DNA of 64,000 bases from an uncultured delta proteobacterium (GTDB taxonomy: Bacteria; Myxococcota_A; Polyangia; Haliangiales; Haliangiaceae), in assembly GCA_963848295.1 (NCBI GenBank), contig CAWKDB010000010.1, positions 672,001-736,000 on the forward strand. The letters run 5' to 3'. The notes beneath the pieces are model-generated. The model had not been told where the DNA came from and searched no databases. It worked only from the letters and a program-made list of their open reading frames with translations. The number at the start of each line of letters is the position of its first letter. Position 1 is the stretch's first letter. The translations under genes and the position numbers were made by a program. Shown here piece by piece: positions 37,274-47,400 of this stretch.

Positions 37274-38286
37274 CGCCGCCCCATCACCATCGACGCGACG
37301 GTCGAGCCGAGACCGCGAGCGGACCCGAACGTCTCGTTCACCGCGGTCGGTTCGAAGCCGCAATGCACCATGCAGTCGCGGCACCGCGGGTTTCCGCTGG
37401 CGTGGCCGTAGCTCGCCCAGTCGGTCTCGTCGATCAGCTCCTTGAACGTCCGCGCGTAGCCTTCTTGCAGCAGGTAGCAGGGCCGCTGCCAGCCGAAGAT
37501 GTTGTAGGTCGGGTTTCCCCACGGGGTGCAATCGAAGTCGCGCTTGCCCATGAGGAAGTCGAGGAACAGCGGCGACTGGTTGAACTGCCAGCGCCGATCC
37601 GGCGACCCCAGTACTTCGCTGAACAGGCGATGCGCGCGCTCGCGGCGCAGGAAGTGTGCCTGATCGGGCGCCTTGTCGTAGGAGTAGCCCGGCGACACCA
37701 TCATGCCCTCGACGCCGAGGTCCATCATCTCGTCGAAGAATCGGCGCACGCGCGCGGGATCCGCGCCGTCGAACAGCGTCGTGTTCGTGGTCACGCGAAA
37801 CCCGCGACCGACCGCGAGCCGGATCGCCGCGACCGCCGTGTCGTAGACGCCCTCGCGCGACACCGACAGGTCGTGCTCGCGTCGCGAGCCGTCCATGTGG
37901 ATGCTGAAGCTCAGGTGGGCGTCGGGCTCGAATTGATCGAGCTTGCTCGCGAGCAGCAACGCGTTCGTGCACAGGTAGACGAACCGCCGTTGCGTGGTCA
38001 GCCCGCGGACGATGTCGGCGATCTGCGGATGGAGCAGGGGCTCGCCGCCGGCGATGCTGACCATCGGCGCGCCGCACTCGTCCGCCGCTGCGAGGCAGTC
38101 GTCGACCGAGAGCTGCCTCTTGAGCAGCGCGCTCGGGTACTGGATCTTGCCGCAGCCGGTACACGATAGGTTGCAGCGAAACAGCGGCTCGAGCATGAGC
38201 ACGAGCGGATAGCGCTCGCGACCGGCGAGTCGCTGCTTCGCGACATAGCGTCCGACCGCCAACATCTGCGCGACTGGGATTCCCAT
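37270..38286 (-). CDS. hpnH: Adenosyl-hopene transferase (radical SAM)
   Basis: YPLVLMLEPLFRCNLSCTGCGKI, IAGGEPLLH, CTPWGNPTYNIFGWQRPCYL, CRDCMVHCGFE. Confidence 0.97.
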   Translation of the reverse strand: MGIPVAQMLAVGRYVAKQRLAGRERYPLVLMLEPLFRCNLSCTGCGKIQYPSALLKRQLSVDDCLAAADECGAPMVSIAGGEPLLHPQIADIVRGLTTQRRFVYLCTNALLLASKLDQFEPDAHLSFSIHMDGSRREHDLSVSREGVYDTAVAAIRLAVGRGFRVTTNTTLFDGADPARVRRFFDEMMDLGVEGMMVSPGYSYDKAPDQAHFLRRERAHRLFSEVLGSPDRRWQFNQSPLFLDFLMGKRDFDCTPWGNPTYNIFGWQRPCYLLQEGYARTFKELIDETDWASYGHASGNPRCRDCMVHCGFEPTAVNETFGSARGLGSTVASMVMGRR

Positions 38287-38331
38287 ATTCGTCTCTAATT
38301 ACCGTCCCGACCTCGACCTGGCATCCGCCAT

Positions 38332-38348
38332 GATGAATATTTCTTCAT
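38332..38348. promoter_or_regulatory. Candidate operator GATGAATATTTCTTCAT (ATGAA-N6-TTCAT)
   Basis: AT-rich palindrome 46 bp upstream of hpnH; 14/17 match at 40075..40091. Confidence 0.55.
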
Positions 38349-38432
38349 TTCGGCGAGCTTCGATTCATGCACGCTCCGGAGCGCGCCATCGCTGCACACC
38401 GAGCGATCGCGCACGCGCGCCAACGCCCGCTC

Positions 38433-39224
38433 CTACTCGGCGGTAGCGGTCTTCGCGAGTCCAGCGCGGGCCGCCACGATCCACTGCGCCGCGTCCGGGT
38501 TGCCGGTGCCATGTGCGGCGATCGCCAGTGCCAGCGCTCTGCCATAAGCCGTGCGGGCGCCGTCGCTCGCGCCGGTCGCGAGCAAGGCGTCGCCGAGCAC
38601 GAGCTGATTGTCCGTGGCGTCGGGCGCGACCGCGACCGCCGCGCGGGCTTCGTGCAAGCCCGCGTCGGGATCGCCGGGACCGAGCGGCCAGCTCGGCGCG
38701 CGCAGCAAGACCAACGCGAGCACGCGATGCGGCCCGCCGTCATCGAGCTCCGGCGAAGTGACGATCGCGCGGCGGAGCAACGCGATGATCTTGCCGATCG
38801 CGTCGTTGCCGGTCGACGGGCGCTCGCGCGCCTGCTGCCCTAGCGCGATCGCGAGTCGGTAGGCGCAGGCCGCGTCCGACGGTGCTCGCCGCACGCACAG
38901 CTGACCGACCTCGACCGCCTCGCCGACGAGTCGTTTCCGCACCTCACGAGGTTCGTGCTCGATCCTGAACGACATCGTCCGCAGCGCGCCGAGCAAGCCG
39001 GCGGTGGCGCGCGGGTCGGCGGCCGCGGCGTCGAGGTAAAGCCCCTGCGCGATCTCTGCCTGCCCTGGTTCGCGTCGCCGCGCCCAGGCGACGCCACCCT
39101 CGCGGATGAGGGTCTCCGCACTCCGACCCGCGGCGCGATGAGGTGCGAGCGCCGAGATCGGCCGCGGATCGTGCATGGCAGACGCGCACGCGGCGACCGC
39201 GAGCGTGACGACGGTACACCGCAT
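38433..39224 (-). CDS. TPR/TatT-like lipoprotein, BstC-like
   Basis: Lipobox VAAC; YRLAIALGQQARE, DDGGPHRVLALVLLRAPSWPLGPGD. Confidence 0.7.
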   Translation of the reverse strand: MRCTVVTLAVAACASAMHDPRPISALAPHRAAGRSAETLIREGGVAWARRREPGQAEIAQGLYLDAAAADPRATAGLLGALRTMSFRIEHEPREVRKRLVGEAVEVGQLCVRRAPSDAACAYRLAIALGQQARERPSTGNDAIGKIIALLRRAIVTSPELDDGGPHRVLALVLLRAPSWPLGPGDPDAGLHEARAAVAVAPDATDNQLVLGDALLATGASDGARTAYGRALALAIAAHGTGNPDAAQWIVAARAGLAKTATAE

Positions 39225-40072
39225 CACCGAGACGCGCTCGCGTAGAGCTGGTCGGCTGCGGTGAGCGCGGCGCCGTCGACCGGTCCGAAACGCGCGATCT
39301 GGATGGAGTCGAGCGCCGTCGCCGCCGCCTTGTCGGCTGCCATGCCGACGAGCGCGTGCTCGATCTTGCGCCATCTCGAATCCGAGATCCGCGCGTCGAC
39401 CGTGGCGACGACCGCGACGGGCATCGCCGGCGAGCGCGCGATCGCCTCGAGCTTCGCCGCGAACGGAAGCGTCGCGAGCGCGTCGCTCTGCGAGCCATCG
39501 AGCAGCACCGCGACCGGTTCGCCGTTGGCCGCGCGACGCAGCGCCGAGATCACCGCGCGCGTTTGCTCGAGCTTGACGTTCGCCGGCAACGCGCCGAGCG
39601 AAGCCTCGATCACGCCGCGGACGAATTTCGGGGCAAACGCCGCATTCGACGCGATCGTGAAACCGGCGAGCCCTTCGGCGGTCTTGACCCGACCCTTCTC
39701 GGCTACGAGGACCCAGCGATCGAGCACAGGGCGACCCTTCTCGACGACGCCGAGCCGCGCGTGGAGCCCGAGCTCGGTCCGGTGCTCGAGATAGAATGGT
39801 AGCGAGACCAGCCCGATGCCGGCGTCGGCGAGACGGGCGACGCCGCCCGCGTCCGACGGCTCGTAGACCGCGGTCAGCGGCACGCCCGACTTCGCCGTAG
39901 CCGCTGCCGCAAACTCGTCCATCGCGGCGCGCGCGTCGTCGGTCGAGCCCGGCGATCCGGGTGCGCACACGACGATGTTTGTTTCTGGAGCCGCCGAGGC
40001 GACCGATCCAGGACCCGCTGCCGCGACGCCGGCCGCGGCGACGATGCACCTCGAGATGAACGCAGCCTTCAT
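39224..40072 (-). CDS. PhnD-like periplasmic binding protein, BstB-like
   Basis: Signal peptide; VVCAPGSPGS N-terminus; PBP-type layout; coupled to the lipoprotein gene. Confidence 0.68.
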   Translation of the reverse strand: MKAAFISRCIVAAAGVAAAGPGSVASAAPETNIVVCAPGSPGSTDDARAAMDEFAAAATAKSGVPLTAVYEPSDAGGVARLADAGIGLVSLPFYLEHRTELGLHARLGVVEKGRPVLDRWVLVAEKGRVKTAEGLAGFTIASNAAFAPKFVRGVIEASLGALPANVKLEQTRAVISALRRAANGEPVAVLLDGSQSDALATLPFAAKLEAIARSPAMPVAVVATVDARISDSRWRKIEHALVGMAADKAAATALDSIQIARFGPVDGAALTAADQLYASASR

Positions 40073-40074
40073 GC

Positions 40075-40091
40075 GATGAATGTTTCCTCAC
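40075..40091. promoter_or_regulatory. Second candidate operator GATGAATGTTTCCTCAC
   Basis: Directly upstream of the PBP start; similar to 38332..38348. Confidence 0.5.
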
Positions 40092-40238
40092 CCTCGCACA
40101 GCGTCAAGCGAGCGCTGGGGCGCGGTCGTCCGTGCGCGCTCGCCGCAACCGAGCGCGATCTCGCATCGCGCCTCACAAAGCGCGCGAGAGCGCGCGGGAG
40201 CGCCTTGACTGATCAACCCGCGGCGCTAGTTGCTGAGG

Positions 40239-41177
40239 ATGACCACCGTCGCCGCGTTCGAGCCACCGCATGGTCGTGCGCGCGAATGGCTGCTGCCGTC
40301 GCGCGACATGCACCGCGAGCTCGCTCTGCCTCTAGCCGGTGCAGCGTACGTCGTGCTCGTCGCGATTCTTGGTGGCCTCGGCCCGCAGCACGTATTCCTC
40401 GGATCGCTCGGGCTGCTCGATCTCTACAACGAGCGGTCGCGCCGGTTCTTGCGCACGTTCCTGCCGTTCATCGCGACCGGCATCGTCTTCGATTCGATGC
40501 GCTACTACTACTGGCCCGGCGTCGAGGGCCGAGTCCATGTCGCCGGCCCGTACGAGCTGGAGCGCGCGTGGTTCGGGATCGGCGGGCGCACCCTCAACGA
40601 GATCTTTCTCGAGCATCACTGGGCCGTCGCCGACCTCGTGGCCGGTTTCGCCTACCTCGTGTTCGTCGCCGAGTACGTCGCCCTCGCGATCCTGCTGTTC
40701 GCGCGCGGGCTCGATCGCTGCGCGAGCGTGTTCGCGAAGTGCTTCCTCGTCGTGAACGTGATGGGCTTCATCACGTACTTCGTCTATCCGGCGGCGCCTC
40801 CGTGGTACGTGACCGCGCACGGGCTCGGGCCGGCGAGCTCGATCGTCGCGACCTCGCCGGCCGCGGGCCAGCGCTTCGATCAGCTGCTCGGCACCCACGT
40901 GTTCGAGACGGTGTACGGGCACGGGATCGATGTATTCGGCGCGGTGCCCTCGCTCCATGTCGCGTATCCGTTCATCGCGGCGGTGCTCGCGTTCCGGTTC
41001 CGCGCGCTGCGCTGGGCGCGCTGGCCGGCCGCGGCGTTCGCCGTCGTGATGTGTTTCTCCGCGATCTACCTGCAGCACCACTACGTGCTCGATGTGCTGC
41101 TCGGCCTGAGCTACGGCGCGCTCGCGCTCGCCGCGGTCACGATGTGGGAGCGGCGCCACGGCGCGCCGGCGTGGTGA
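40239..41177 (+). CDS. Aur1/inositol-phosphorylceramide-synthase-like PAP2 membrane enzyme
   Basis: YPAAPPWY, AVPSLHVA, HHYVLDVLLG, multi-TM. Confidence 0.85.
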   Translation: MTTVAAFEPPHGRAREWLLPSRDMHRELALPLAGAAYVVLVAILGGLGPQHVFLGSLGLLDLYNERSRRFLRTFLPFIATGIVFDSMRYYYWPGVEGRVHVAGPYELERAWFGIGGRTLNEIFLEHHWAVADLVAGFAYLVFVAEYVALAILLFARGLDRCASVFAKCFLVVNVMGFITYFVYPAAPPWYVTAHGLGPASSIVATSPAAGQRFDQLLGTHVFETVYGHGIDVFGAVPSLHVAYPFIAAVLAFRFRALRWARWPAAAFAVVMCFSAIYLQHHYVLDVLLGLSYGALALAAVTMWERRHGAPAW

Positions 41178-41178
41178 C

Positions 41179-43428
41179 GTGGCCGCCGATCTTCTGTCGC
41201 GGTGGTTTGCTCGCCTCGCTCGCTGGCGCTTCGCGATCGTGGCGATCTACGGGCTCCTCGTGCCGGCGGCCGTGCTCGTCGCGACCCGTATCCCGACGCA
41301 CGGGGAGATCGAGCAGCTGATCGTGCCCGGTGATCCCGACCTCGCGGCGACGCGCGCGTTCGAGAAGATCTTCCCCGAGCCCCAGCTCGTGCTGCTCGTG
41401 CTCGAGCTCGACGATCCGTGGAGCTCGAAGGCGCTCGACCGGCTCGCTCGGGCCGAGCGCGCGATCTCGAGAGTGCCACACGTGACCGCGTTCACCGCGG
41501 TCGACGCGATCCGCCGTGCGCACCCTGGCGCGGACCCGGCGACGATCCGCAAGCTCGCGCTCGGGACCGAGTTGTTTCGTCGCCAGGGTCTCGTCGGCGA
41601 CCGGTTCCTCACGGTGATCGCAAACCTCGATGTCCACGGCGCGACCGCGCGCGACGCGGCGCTCGCCGCGATCGATCGCGAGCTCGACCGCGCGCAGGTC
41701 GGCACCGTGCACGAAGTGGGTGGGCCGGTCGTCACGTCGTGGCTCGAGCACCAGTCGTCGACCGCGACCGCACATTCGTTCGCGCTGTTCGGGGTCCTGC
41801 TCGTCGCGGTCACCTGGTTTCTATATCGCTCGTGGCGCGCGTTGTTGGCGATCGTGGTAGCGCTCGGCGCGTCGGTCGCGCTCGCGATCGCGGTTGGTGG
41901 CGTGCTCGGGTTCGCTTTCACGATCGTCTCCGCGCTCGTCCCGCTGACCGTGATGGTGACGACGATGGCCACGCTCACGTACCTTCACTCGCGGTTCATC
42001 GATCAACCATCGGGTCTCCCCCTCGCCGCACACCAGGTCGTCGCGCTGCGCAACAAGTTCCTGCCGGTCACGGCGTCGACGATCGCGACCGCCACCGGGT
42101 TCGCCGCGCTCGCGGTGTCGGACATCCGGCCGATCCGCGAGATGGGCTTGTGGACCGCCGCCGGCATCGTGATCGCGTGGCTCGTCGCGTTCACGCTGTT
42201 CCCGGCGCTCCAGCTCGTGCTCCAGACCCCGACCGGCCGGCGGGTCGCGGTCAGGAGCGCGCTGTACGAGCGGATCGCGCTCACTCTGCCGGCGCAGACG
42301 TTTCGCCACCGCCGCGCGCTCGTCGCGATCGCGTTCGCGGGATGCGCGGCGGGCGTGGTCGCGATCACCGGGATTCCCGGCGTGTGGCGCGGCGCGGCGG
42401 TGCGGATCGACGTGCTGTCGAACGTCGCCTCCGGCACGCGCCTGCACCGCGACCTCGTGTGGTTCCGCCAGCACGTGATGGATCTCAACATCGCGCGCGT
42501 GTGGATCCGGTTGCCGAGCGCGACCGCGACCGATCCCGAGGTCCTCCGCGCGATCGACGAGCTCGAGACTGCGCTCGAGACCATCCCGGGCGCGACCGGC
42601 GTGACCGGACCCACGACGCCGCTGCGCATGCGCCGCTACTTCGCCGGACACGGTGACGTCCTTCCCACCGAGCCGGTGGAGTTCGCCGACGCGGTCGCCG
42701 ACTTCGAGGAGCTGATCCTGACCGAGCCAGATCTGCGCACGTTCATCGATGTCGGCGGTCTTCGCGACCTCCAGCTCGCGGTGCTGTTTCGCGGCGGCGA
42801 CGCCGCCGGCTACACCGCGATGAGCGACCAGATCCGCGTCCGGTGGAACGCGATCGCCGCGCGTTCGCCGGCACTCGCCGGTGCGACGATGGAGGTCGTC
42901 GGAGAATCGCTGGTCCAGGTCAAGGTCGGTGAGAGCCTCGTGCCGACGCTCGCCGAGAGCCTCGCGCTGACCGTCGGGTGCATCCTCGTCGTGTTTCTCG
43001 TCGTGTTTCGCAGTGGCACCGAGCGTCTGCTCGCGATGATCCCATCGCTGTTCGCGCTGCTGGTCACGTTCTTCGCCATGCGCGTGCTCGGTGGCTCGCT
43101 GAACATCGCGACGATCCTCGTGACGACCACCGTGCTGGGTTCGACCGAGAACGATCAACTGCACTTCTTCCATCACATGCACGAGCTCGGCACCGGCGGG
43201 CTCGAGCAACGCCTCCGCCACACGCTGCGGGTGTCGGGCCGAGCGATCGCGTTCGCCACGCTGGTGAGCTCGGTCGGGTTCCTCGCGCTCGCCACATCCA
43301 GCTTTCCGCCGCTGCGCCAGTTCGGCCTGATGATGGCGTGCGCGTTCGCGCTCGCGATGATCGCCGACTTCACGATCCTCCCAGCAGCGCTGTGGCTGGT
43401 CGCGCGCGACCGGCCGCTGGAGGGTTGA
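41179..43428 (+). CDS. MMPL/RND lipid transporter (BstA/HpnN-like)
   Basis: Duplicated 1+5 TM halves; TGFAALAVSDIRPIREMG, GFLALATSSFPPLRQFG, DFTILPAAL. Confidence 0.9.
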   Translation: MAADLLSRWFARLARWRFAIVAIYGLLVPAAVLVATRIPTHGEIEQLIVPGDPDLAATRAFEKIFPEPQLVLLVLELDDPWSSKALDRLARAERAISRVPHVTAFTAVDAIRRAHPGADPATIRKLALGTELFRRQGLVGDRFLTVIANLDVHGATARDAALAAIDRELDRAQVGTVHEVGGPVVTSWLEHQSSTATAHSFALFGVLLVAVTWFLYRSWRALLAIVVALGASVALAIAVGGVLGFAFTIVSALVPLTVMVTTMATLTYLHSRFIDQPSGLPLAAHQVVALRNKFLPVTASTIATATGFAALAVSDIRPIREMGLWTAAGIVIAWLVAFTLFPALQLVLQTPTGRRVAVRSALYERIALTLPAQTFRHRRALVAIAFAGCAAGVVAITGIPGVWRGAAVRIDVLSNVASGTRLHRDLVWFRQHVMDLNIARVWIRLPSATATDPEVLRAIDELETALETIPGATGVTGPTTPLRMRRYFAGHGDVLPTEPVEFADAVADFEELILTEPDLRTFIDVGGLRDLQLAVLFRGGDAAGYTAMSDQIRVRWNAIAARSPALAGATMEVVGESLVQVKVGESLVPTLAESLALTVGCILVVFLVVFRSGTERLLAMIPSLFALLVTFFAMRVLGGSLNIATILVTTTVLGSTENDQLHFFHHMHELGTGGLEQRLRHTLRVSGRAIAFATLVSSVGFLALATSSFPPLRQFGLMMACAFALAMIADFTILPAALWLVARDRPLEG

Positions 43429-43452
43429 CGGTGTCGAGCTAATCGAAGAACT

Positions 43453-44070
43453 ATGGCCCGTATGGTCATTCCGAGGCGGTCGCGCATCCGTCGCAGGCTG
43501 CGCGAGAGCGTGAACGACGCGATCCTGGACTCGGCCGAGGAAGTGGCGAACGAAGCGGGCCTCGGCGGGATGAGGATCACCGAGGTCGCCGATCGTGCGG
43601 GTCTCGCGGTCGGCACGCTGTACAACTATTTCCCGGATGGCGACGCGATCCTATCGGCGCTGTTTCGCGCGCGGCGCCGGATGATCGCTCCGAAGATCGC
43701 CTCCGCGCTCGCCGCGACGAAGGGTCAGCCGTTCGAGCGGCGGCTCCGAGGCTTCGTGGACGGCTTGCTCCGGATCTTCGAGCAGCACGAACGGTTCGTG
43801 CGAATCGCCGCCCTCGCCGATCGCGACGGTGGCAAGTCCACGCCGCGCGACCGGTCGTTGCTGATTCACACCGTGGACGCACTCGAGCAGATCATGCGTG
43901 ACGGCGCGCGCCGCAAGTTGTTCGCGCAGGCTCGGGTTTCGGTCTACGCGCGGATGGTTCACGGCGCCGTGCGAGCGATGTTCTTGTGGCGGTTGGGGTC
44001 GAACGACGCCTCGATCGTGCGAGACGGCGAGCTGGTCGTCGACACGTTTCTCCGCGGGATCCTCCACTAG
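43453..44070 (+). CDS. TetR-family regulator
   Basis: ILDSAEEV, ITEVADRAGLAVGTLYNYF. Confidence 0.93.
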   Translation: MARMVIPRRSRIRRRLRESVNDAILDSAEEVANEAGLGGMRITEVADRAGLAVGTLYNYFPDGDAILSALFRARRRMIAPKIASALAATKGQPFERRLRGFVDGLLRIFEQHERFVRIAALADRDGGKSTPRDRSLLIHTVDALEQIMRDGARRKLFAQARVSVYARMVHGAVRAMFLWRLGSNDASIVRDGELVVDTFLRGILH

Positions 44071-44174
44071 CCTCGTGACCGCACGTGCTCTCGCGCGCGT
44101 CGCGCACTCCCGCTACGCGATCGCGCTGTCCTCCCGGCCTACGCGCTGGCACGTCGTTCGCTCGTGGGTCCGGC

Positions 44175-44450
44175 ATGACGATCGCCCAGCCGGCCACCCG
44201 CTCTCAAGTCGCAACCCTGCTCGACCCCGTCGACAATTCCGGGATCGAGCGCGTGCTCGAAGTCGGGGCGTCGCTCGACGAGCTCATCGAGGCGTTCGAC
44301 GCATTCGAAGCCGCTGGGCGTTGCCCGGCCGAGCCGTCGTCGGCGCACGTCGCCGAGATTTGCGAGATCCTCGTCGACCTCGCGCGCATCCGATCGCACC
44401 CGCCGGCGGCGGCGTCCGGACGACGCGCGCCCGGTCGTTCGCGGGCGTGA
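44175..44450 (+). CDS. Small hypothetical protein
   Basis: ATG at 44175; IERVLEVGASLDELIEA looks coding. Confidence 0.5.
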   Translation: MTIAQPATRSQVATLLDPVDNSGIERVLEVGASLDELIEAFDAFEAAGRCPAEPSSAHVAEICEILVDLARIRSHPPAAASGRRAPGRSRA

Positions 44451-44477
44451 GCTCGTCGCCGGATGGAGCGTGGCGAA

Positions 44478-47400
44478 TTACGGCGCCTGGACGACGAGCC
44501 CGTTCGGGGGATCATTCGCCGGCGTCAGCTCGTCCCAGGCCAGGACCGGCGAGCCGTGGCCGGTGGTCGCGGCGAGCGAGAAGCCGTCGAGCAACGGGCC
44601 GGTCGCGAGCGGTGTCGTCGTCCACGTCGCGCCCGAGAGCGTCGCGATGTCGACGTCCGACACCATGCCGTCCTGGTACGCGATCGTCGGCGAGCCGTTG
44701 TCGAGGTATAGCGCGGCCGCGCTGCCGACCGGGTGCGTGCGATCGCCCGGGCGCTCGCCGTCGTCGACCACGACCGGCGTGCCGGGCGTGCCGTTCCACG
44801 TCGTGTACATGAGCTGGTCGCCGATCGCGTCTTGGTACGCGATGTGGACGGTGCCGTCCTCGGCGACCGCGGCGCTCGCCCACATGCCGCGATCCTGGAG
44901 CGCGACGTTGCCGTCGAGGATCGTCGGCGTGAACTGGTTCGTGTTCGCCGCGCTCTCGACGCCGAGCACGAGCGCGCGCGCGTTGCGATCGTAGTACGCG
45001 GCGACGAGCCGGCCGTCGGACATCACGCCCATGCTGACAAACAGGCCGGTGCCGGTCGGGATGTCATCGAGCTCGGTCGTCGGCGTCGCGACCTCGGTGA
45101 CGCACGCGCCAGCGTTGCACACGTCGCCGCTGCCGCACGCCGGCGTGCAGTCGTTCGTCGCCGCGACACAGCTCTGCGGATCGCCCGCGGTCGCCGATTC
45201 GACGCAGCTCTCGCCCGCATCGCACAGGCCCGCGCACGTGCCGGGCGCGCTCGCGATCGTGATGCCGGTCGTCCAATCGCCGACGCTCTGCGGACTCGCC
45301 TTGTTCCCGCGCGCGAGCCGAAGCTCGGTCGTGCGATGACCGGCCCCATCGTCGACGCCGACCGCGAGGTACGCGATCGCCGGGTTGCCGCTCGCATCGA
45401 TCACCATGTTCGCGAACGCGCCGATCGCCTCGTTCGCGGCCGGCGTATCGATCACGTAGTTGCTCCACGAGCCGCCCGCCGACGACTCCGCCGCGTATTT
45501 GAGCGCGGTCGCGTCGCGGTCTTGGTACGCGACGCTCGCGATGTGATTCACGAGCGCGATCGAGGTCCACGCGCCGACGTCGGGGCCGGCATCGGCGATG
45601 CCGCCGCGATAGCTGCTCGGATCGTGGGTCGGCGTGACGTCGGCCGGGATGCCGTCGACCGCGACGTACGTCAGGTTCGACGTGTCGGTCGCATCGACCG
45701 CGACGAGATCGCCGAGCACCTGGTCGTAGGTCGCGACCATCACACGCTTGTCGTCGCCGGCGATGCTCGTGAACCGACCGATCGCGCCGCGCGCGATGTC
45801 GCCCGGCAAGCACGCGGTGTCCCCGCACGGCTTGTTGTTGCAACCGCAGCCATGCAGCGCGAACAACGCGACCGCCCACACCGCGACGCCCAAGCGCGGC
45901 AGCGCGCGGCGCACGGCGCGCACGATCCGACGGCGGCGCGACCGCGGCAGCGCGAGCAGGCCGAGCGCGACGAAGATCGGAGCGGACCCGCCGGGGCTCG
46001 CGTCGCCGCTGTTGCACACGCAGCCGGTCGTACCTGCCTGGCCGTGGAAGTCGTTGCGCTTGTTCTGTGGCGCGGCGTCGGCGCCGATCGTGATGTCGGT
46101 CTCCGCCGGGGTCAGGTCGATCGACCTGGGGTGACCGATCACACGCGCGCGCGCTTCGATGTGGTGCACGCCGGCGAGCCAGAACGTCTTCGGCGACAGC
46201 GTCGGCCGCGGGTTCGGGCTCCACGCGGACCACGTGCCGTGATCAAGCCGGATCGAGTACTCGAGGTTGCCGGCGTTGCCGCCGAGCTCGAGCTGAACCC
46301 GCGGCGGCGGCGTGCTCGCCCACAGGTGTGGCGTGTCGAGGACCGCCGCCGGCGGTTGCGTGACCGACGTGACCGCGAGCGTGGTCTCGACCATCGGCGG
46401 AGTAGGCGACGACGGGACGAGGTTCGCGTAGATCGCGAGGAACGACGCGTTGTCGACGTCGGTGATCGACGTGATATCGAGGTCGAGATCGCCGATCGCC
46501 GGCAACGCGATCGAGCCGAGGCCGCTCGACAGCTGCGGCAGCACGAGCCCGAGGATGCTAGGGAACAGCTGCGCGAGATCGTCCGGGCTCTCGGTCACCG
46601 CGTCGCTGTTCTTGACCGAGATGTTTGTAAACGCATCGGTCGGCGAGCCGATCACCGGCGTCAGCTTGCCCATCTCCGAGGTCTGCAAGCCGACCGGCAG
46701 GTGGACGTCGGCGACGACGGTGAACACCCGAATGTACTGCTCGTCGACCGCGGCGAAGAAGTCGAGCTCCATCCCGGTGAACTTGATATCGAGCGCGGGG
46801 TCCGCGACGACCGGGTTGCCGTTGCTGTCGGTCGTGAACGTGTTCGCGCCGAGCGTGATCACCGGCGGGCTCTGCGGGCGCAGCCCGACCGCCATCGGCG
46901 ACGCGGTCGCGACGAGCTTGGTCAGCGAGCGCGACACCAGGCCGATCGTGTCGGTCGTCAGCTCGCTGACCGTGTCGTGTCCGACCGTGAGGCAGAACAG
47001 GCCGCCGTTGTAGCCGGCGTACGCGAGCTGGTCGAGCTGCGACTTGTGGATGCCGATGCCTACGTCGTAGGTCTCGCCGGTGTCCGGGCGCGTGTTGCCC
47101 GAGAAGTACGCCGACTGCGGGATCGAGATCGGCGCCGGCTCGGTCGACGGCGGACCACATCGATCGCGCGGAGCGCCCGACGGTTCCATGCCACCGAGCA
47201 GGCCGAGCGCGATGCCACCGGTGTTAGTCGTAGCGTAGCCGCCGGCGACCTCGTAGAGATCCATCGAGCCGGTCGTACCGGGCGAGAACGAGCCGAACAA
47301 TGCGGTCCCGACCGCCCGACCGTCGATGCCGAGCTCCTCGAGGCAGTTCGCGCCTTCCATGCACACGTTGTTCGTGCAAGCGGTCGCGAACGAGCTGCCA

